Below, in pieces: positions 58,470 through 64,000 of a stretch of DNA of 64,000 bases. Source of the DNA: Ostrea edulis (lineage: Eukaryota). The position numbers were made by a program, and so were the translations under genes. The notes beneath the pieces are model-generated. The model did no database searches. It had not been told where the DNA came from and was given only the letters and a program-made list of their open reading frames with translations. Position 1 is the first letter of the stretch. Each line of letters opens with the position of its first letter. The stretch spans positions 42,966,001 through 43,030,000 of the forward strand of contig NC_079170.1 in assembly GCF_947568905.1 (NCBI RefSeq), in the 5' to 3' direction.

Positions 58470-61084
58470 ACACCCCTTTTCGTAGACAACGAGAAGATCA
58501 CTGGATCAGGACCCTAGACACTGCATTTCCATATGGATGCAATGATAATGTATATGATGTGGGAAATTTGACTAGTCCACAAGGAAATAACGTTAATGTG
58601 ATGGGACTCTTTCCCAATACCCAAAGACGAAAACGCAGTCACGGACATCGTTCATATAAAAGACCAAATATAAATGATGTCACGTTTGATTCACTTTTGC
58701 CTCACGTCAACAGACAATTGGGTCCACATCATAATCTTACAAAACTTTACTCTATTCCATTGAGGGTTTTACATACGTTATTTGAAGAAGCTATGGCTAG
58801 TCTATACTTGGATTTTTCAACACCTGAATATAGACTGAACTCTATGATTATGGATGTTGCCTACCACAGGCTCTATAAACCAGCACGGACCATGGGTGAT
58901 ATTCCTTCCAAATCATGCCGTCAGTTCCTTAAGCTCATATTTACAAACAAAGGAATAGATGCCGTCAGCATTAGCAACATTCTTCGTCATAAAAGGGTTC
59001 AGTCGTGTATTCCAACTTATTTCAAGTTCAAGTCTACACCCTATATTTCCTACAGCTATACTTCTACTATTGCATCCAAACTTTTTAATTATAAACAAAC
59101 TTTGCAGTGCAAAGATATAGACCATCTTATACGTAATCCACCAACATGTTCTTGTTCTTCATCTTCTTTCAACTACAGTCCAGCTGGACATGTCATTACT
59201 GGTGATGTTGATATAGTTGAAAATGAGGACCTCAAATCACTTATTCTTAAAGGTCCTAAATACAGAGAACCTCGGTCTTTTAATTGGCGACAGAACTTCA
59301 TCTCTAGTATGAGTTCTGTCGAAGATTATGCCAGACGATGGGCTAAATATGAAAAAGAAGAACTTGATACATTGTCAGAATGGGTTAAAAGCATAAGAGG
59401 GATATTAAAATCCCGCATTAGACACATGACAACAAAAGTACGTACCATCTATCCTTCTGTGTTTAGTAAACCAGAAGTGATAAAAAAAAATAGATAGGTT
59501 ACATGAGGAATATGTTTTGGTTCCAGCTGACAAAGCTAGTAACAACATTGTCTTTGTTTGTAAGGCTCATTATTACAACTGTATTTGAAACAAAATTGGC
59601 ATTAATTCCACTTTTGGTAATCATACTTATACTCCAACTGCCCTTTCAAAAGACGAAATTCTTCAAAACCATGCTTCAGTTTTAGACACATTTAATATTC
59701 CAGTCAATGGGTCGAATGAATATGAGTTACCGTACCTATACTGGATTCCTAAACTACATAAAAACTCTTACAAACAAAGATACATTGCTGGATCCAGTAA
59801 GTGCTCTACCAAGCCCCTATCTTTGCTCCTCGCGAAAATGTTAACAGCTGTGAAGGAGAAACTTCAAACTTACTGTGCGACTACATATGCTAGAAGTGGT
59901 GTTAATTAAATGTGGATTCTAAAAAAGTCTAAAGAACTTTTAGTAAACTTGAAATCACAGAATTTTTCCCAAGTCAATAGCATTAAAACCTATGACTTTT
60001 CAACACTATACACGACCATTCCTCACGATAAATTAAAGACTAGACTTTTTGACATCATAGACAGTTGCTTCTTCAACAAAAACGGAAAACGGAAATATTC
60101 ATATCTAGTGATCAGTTATTCAAAAACTTACTTTGTTAAACACCACTCTGATTCCACGCACAAGTACTCTGAAGTTGAAATAAAAAATATGCTAGAGTTC
60201 CTCATTGACAATATCTTCGTGGTCTTTGGTGATCAGGTCTTCCAACAGTCTGTTGGAATTCCCATGGGTACGAATTGTGTTCCTTTGTTATCTGACCTGT
60301 TTTTATATTCATATGAAGCAGAATTTATTCAAACACTTCTACGTGAGAAGAAAACATCTCTCGCTGTGAACTTCAATTCGACTTTTAGATATATCGATGA
60401 CGTTTTGTCTATTAACAATGATAGCTTTCATTCATATGTCGATTTGATATATCCCTGTGAGCTCGAAATAAAGGACACCACAGAGTCGTCCACTTCTGCT
60501 TCATACTTAGATATTTTATTGAAAGTAGACATTAACGGCAAACTGACAACTCAACTGTATGACAAACGGGATGATTTCAGCTTCTCCATCGTCAACTTCC
60601 CACATTTATGTAGCAATATTCCATTATCACCTGCATATGGTGTTTATATATCTCAACTGATTCGATATGCAAGAGTTTGTTCTGGGTATAGTCAGTATTT
60701 AAATCGAGGTAAGCTACTGACAAACAAGTTGATTGTACAGGGATTTCAACAGTCTCGATTGAAGTCAGCATTTCGCAAATTCTATGGTCGTTATAACGAT
60801 CTAGTTCGTCAATACAACCTCGCATTGGGTCAAATGCTGTCTGACGTGTTTCATACCGATTATTAAGCCGTTCTTGGCACACTGATTTTGACTGCGGATA
60901 ACTCCGTTTACCTGATCAGGATATGGGGCTCACGGCGGGTGTGACCGGTCAACAGGGGATGCTTACTCCTCCTAGGCACCTGATCCCACCTCTGGTGTGT
61001 CCAGGGGTCCGTGTTTGCCCAACTATCTATTTTGTATTGCTTGTAGGAGTTATGAGATTGATCACTGTTCGTTATCTTCACCTT
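58470..61084 (+). mobile_element. Naiad-type (N-terminal GIY-YIG) Penelope-like retroelement, 5'-truncated and decayed
   Basis: In frame upstream of ORF 58559 is RRQREDHWIRTLDTAFPYGCND, a GIY-YIG C-terminal half. Then CxC linker (CSC at 59147-55, GHVITGD), PADKASNN, YWIPKLHK, TYDFSTLYT, GIPMGTNC and YIDD at 60390-401. No C-terminal endonuclease. Lesions: frameshift in the A-run ~59481-90, TGA at 59586, TAA at 59907. Confidence 0.88.
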
Positions 61085-61519
61085 GCATGTCATTGCTTCT
61101 CTAAAACCAACAGGCTGGAGTTGTAAATTCATATACATCTTTCAACATTGTATTTTGTTTTTAAATGGTTTAGCGGACCCAAAATGTTTTGTGCTTTACA
61201 TTATGATGAGGAAGTACAAATACATTACTTAGGATAGAAGATAATGAAATTTACATTCATATTGTCTTTGGAAGGAGGCAATTCACCCAAATTAATATTT
61301 TAAAGACTAAAACTAATCCGTTTATAGAAGTAGTACAGAGAAATTCTAGATGCATATTTTCAGAATCTGTAGATATGCATACTAGAATTTTTCTATAATG
61401 TCAATAATTCATTACGAACATATGTTGGATAGTTTCTGGTTTTTTTTTTTTATTTTTTTTTTTACAAAAGTAACAAAAATATGATTATTTAATATCGCTT
61501 TTAGGAGGCATGTTGAGTC

Positions 61520-61680
61520 CCTATATGTCCGCCTGCACAATATGTCCGCCTGCACGATATGTCCGCCTGCACAATATGTACGTGGAATTTTGGACCAAAT
61601 TGTCCTTATATGTCCGCCTTCACTAAATGCCCCCCCCCCCATTTTTTTTCTCCAAACTGTCACTATATGTCTGCCTGCAC
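61520..61680. repeat. Short array of ATATGTCCGCCTGCAC(A/G) motifs
   Basis: About five copies by direct reading. Confidence 0.7.
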
Positions 61681-61734
61681 AATCTTTCTTTGATCGTTTC
61701 ATCAGTAATCGATAAACAGTGTACAAGGTAACAA

Positions 61735-62352
61735 ATCTGTGTCAGAAATCTTCTGTCAGTGTCGGAACAGCATACAACATAATACATCTGTGTCAGAAAT
61801 CTCTCAGTGTACAACATAACACATCTGTGTCAGAAATCTCTCAGTGTACAACATAACACATGTGTCAGAAATATCTCAGTGTAAAACATAACAAGTCTAT
61901 GTCAGAAATTTCTCAGTGTACAACATAACATATCTGTGTCAGAAATCTCTCAGTGTACAACATAACACATCTGTGTCAGAAATCTCTCAGTGTAAAACAT
62001 AACAAGTCTATGTCAGAAATCTCTCAGTGTACAACATAACACATCTGTGTCAGAAATCTGTCAGTGTAAAACATAACAAGTCTGTGTCAGAAATCTCACA
62101 GTGTACAACATAACACATCTGTGTCAGAAATCTCTCAGTGTACAACATAACACATCTGTGTCAGAAATCTCTCAGTGTAAAACATAACACATCTGTGTCA
62201 GAAATCTCTCAGTGTACAACATAACACATCTGTGTCAGAAATCTCTCAGTGTACAACATAACACATCTGTGTCAGAAATCTCTCAGTGTACAACATAACA
62301 CATCTGTGTCAGAAATCTCTCAGTGTACAACATAACAAGTCTGTGTTAGAAA
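61735..62352 (+). repeat. 37-bp minisatellite, ~16 copies
   Basis: ACAACATAACACATCTGTGTCAGAAATCTCTCAGTGT; tcagaaatct at 62161 and 62198. Confidence 0.92.
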
Positions 62353-62400
62353 TCTTTTCTTTCACCTTGAATGGATGATTGCCTGTTCTGCATGATTTAA

Positions 62401-63345
62401 GGTAATTCCCCAGACCACGTCAAAAAACGTTAGAAACGTTATTCACGAGTCACGAACGTTATCACACATTCAACGAACCCAATGGCACTTTGTTGAATTT
62501 TGTAGACCGTATTAGGACTGATTGTTTGAAAGCAAACAACAAAAATTTAGAATTAAAAAACAACATACGAATCGCAATAATACAAACAGGCCGGTTTTAT
62601 ACAAGACAACGATATTTTTAACTTCAAGCCCGATCCCTAAAGCTTACGGCAATCAATGAAAGCGGTTTTCAGCTTTTAAAGCTTTAATGTTTTAAACTTT
62701 TTTTTCAAAAATCACCCTGTAATATCTCTTGAAATGGTAATTTAGTAATCTAAATGATGAATGAAACATGTTTTCAGAGATAAGAATTTTAGACACCATT
62801 TTCCAATATGCGTTTTTACAAGGTTTTTAACCTAGAGGGGGTCATTGGGCTCTCAAATTATCCGATACCTTATCTACTTCTTATGTCAAATGATTGCTGG
62901 AGTGTAAAGGTAAAACATATTGAAATGTTTAATAAATCTGAAGGTTTTTTTTAAACACAATTTTTCCGATATGGTAGGCTATGATTAGTCAATATTTGAC
63001 TACTATACGTGCATTTTCATCACCTCGAAACCAAGAACATGGTTCAGTAGATGAACGATTATTGAAAACAGTCAGATGCAATACATTTTTCTCAATTCAT
63101 ATGAAAGAAACATATTTCTATCGTTTAAATAAAGACAGTGCCTTAAAATGTATGTATATTAACACAGCTTGTTTTAACGTGATATGTTCTATTTTTAGAA
63201 GTGGCTGTACTCTGGAAAAGGCCGCTAAACATATTTTTCTTCGTGAATTTTGTCAATATACATGTACATCCTCGACAAAATACATGCAAATTTTGATAGA
63301 AATCTGTAGGGTTTTCAATACTAAGATGTGGTATGCGGAATTACC
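62401..63345. mobile_element. Kolobok-type non-autonomous element, 945 bp, TTAA TSD
   Basis: TTAA|GGTAATTCC ... GGAATTACC|TTAA. The paralogous segment has a single TTAA at 43970-73 (empty site). Confidence 0.8.
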
Positions 63346-64000
63346 TTAATACCATTTGTAGCACGTGCAATGAGATTGGCAAATACAAGAGATTCTTTCT
63401 TTTTGAATAACATGATTTGCAACATACATAATACTTGTCATTTTTGTTTAAAGTTCACATTAGAGAAACAGAATATTTAAGAAATGGCAAATTCAATTCT
63501 AAGGAATGGATTTACATTTAGTAGCGAAGTATATTTATGTTATTGGGTTGTAACAAATCTTGGGGCAGATAGCCTTTAAATAAACTGAAGTTGATAAGTA
63601 TAATATGCACCAAGTTACATGTACATGTATTTCATAAATCAATGTCTGCACTTACCTTAGATTCATTGCTAAGATAATTGCAAGTCTGTTTATGAAGGTT
63701 ATTTTTTGTGAAGGAACTGACAAGGAATATTCTCAGGTTTGCTTTCACTGTCCTCTAGACCCTTGATTATTAGGTAAATCTACAGGTCTATATGAGTTCC
63801 ATTTGCCAATACAATGTAGTAGAGAATACACCCTAGATAAATGATGCTAGTAGTGTGTGCATAGAGATATAATTATCTAGAAATTGATGTAACATGAGTT
63901 TCAGACTGTTCTTCACAACTATTTATTTTTGTAACACCATTATATGCCTTTTGAACATTTGAAGAATAATACCCTTTCTCACTGAAATTCTTATGATTTA

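Noticed and set aside
59586-59588. In-frame TGA in the Naiad ORF as a selenocysteine codon
   Set aside because: The context (YNCI*NK) looks like a hydrophobic, not Cys, position. The copy also has a TAA and a frameshift, and I found no SECIS-like AUGA/AA/GA arrangement in the 3' UTR. Alignment to the family consensus would settle it.
40190-62352. Regular 35-48 bp arrays (40190-40715, 42351-42730, 54440-54830, 61735-62352) as CRISPR arrays
   Set aside because: They are head-to-tail repeats with no unique spacers, no cas genes are present, and the context is eukaryotic with spliced genes.

Overview
AT-rich, repeat-dense eukaryotic DNA, most likely an oyster or other bivalve (inferred from the repeat families). 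Four host genes can be assembled by hand with GT-AG junctions and matching phases. (1) A minus-strand SLC46-family MFS transporter, ~475 aa reconstructed, whose first coding exon is split by an 11.4-kb transposon. (2) A two-exon secreted prokineticin/colipase-fold peptide. (3) A 12-exon, ~460-aa type II membrane protein with a GalT/HIT-like catalytic domain; I do not recognise it as any characterised family. (4) A three-exon CARD plus coiled-coil protein. The main feature is an apparently intact, recently inserted AcademH DNA transposon (7869-19260). It has 104-bp TIRs, a perfect 10-bp TSD, and a 7-exon transposase convergent with a 3-exon RecQ-like helicase. Also present are a 5'-truncated, decayed Naiad-type Penelope-like retroelement plus about 15 fragments of it, and a decayed Tc1 element. 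There are four copies of a headless SINE with a fixed 5' end, many Helentron-type non-autonomous elements carrying ~145-170 bp satellite units, several MITEs and several minisatellites. All alignments, translations and folds were done by eye; family names come from recalled motifs and need database confirmation.
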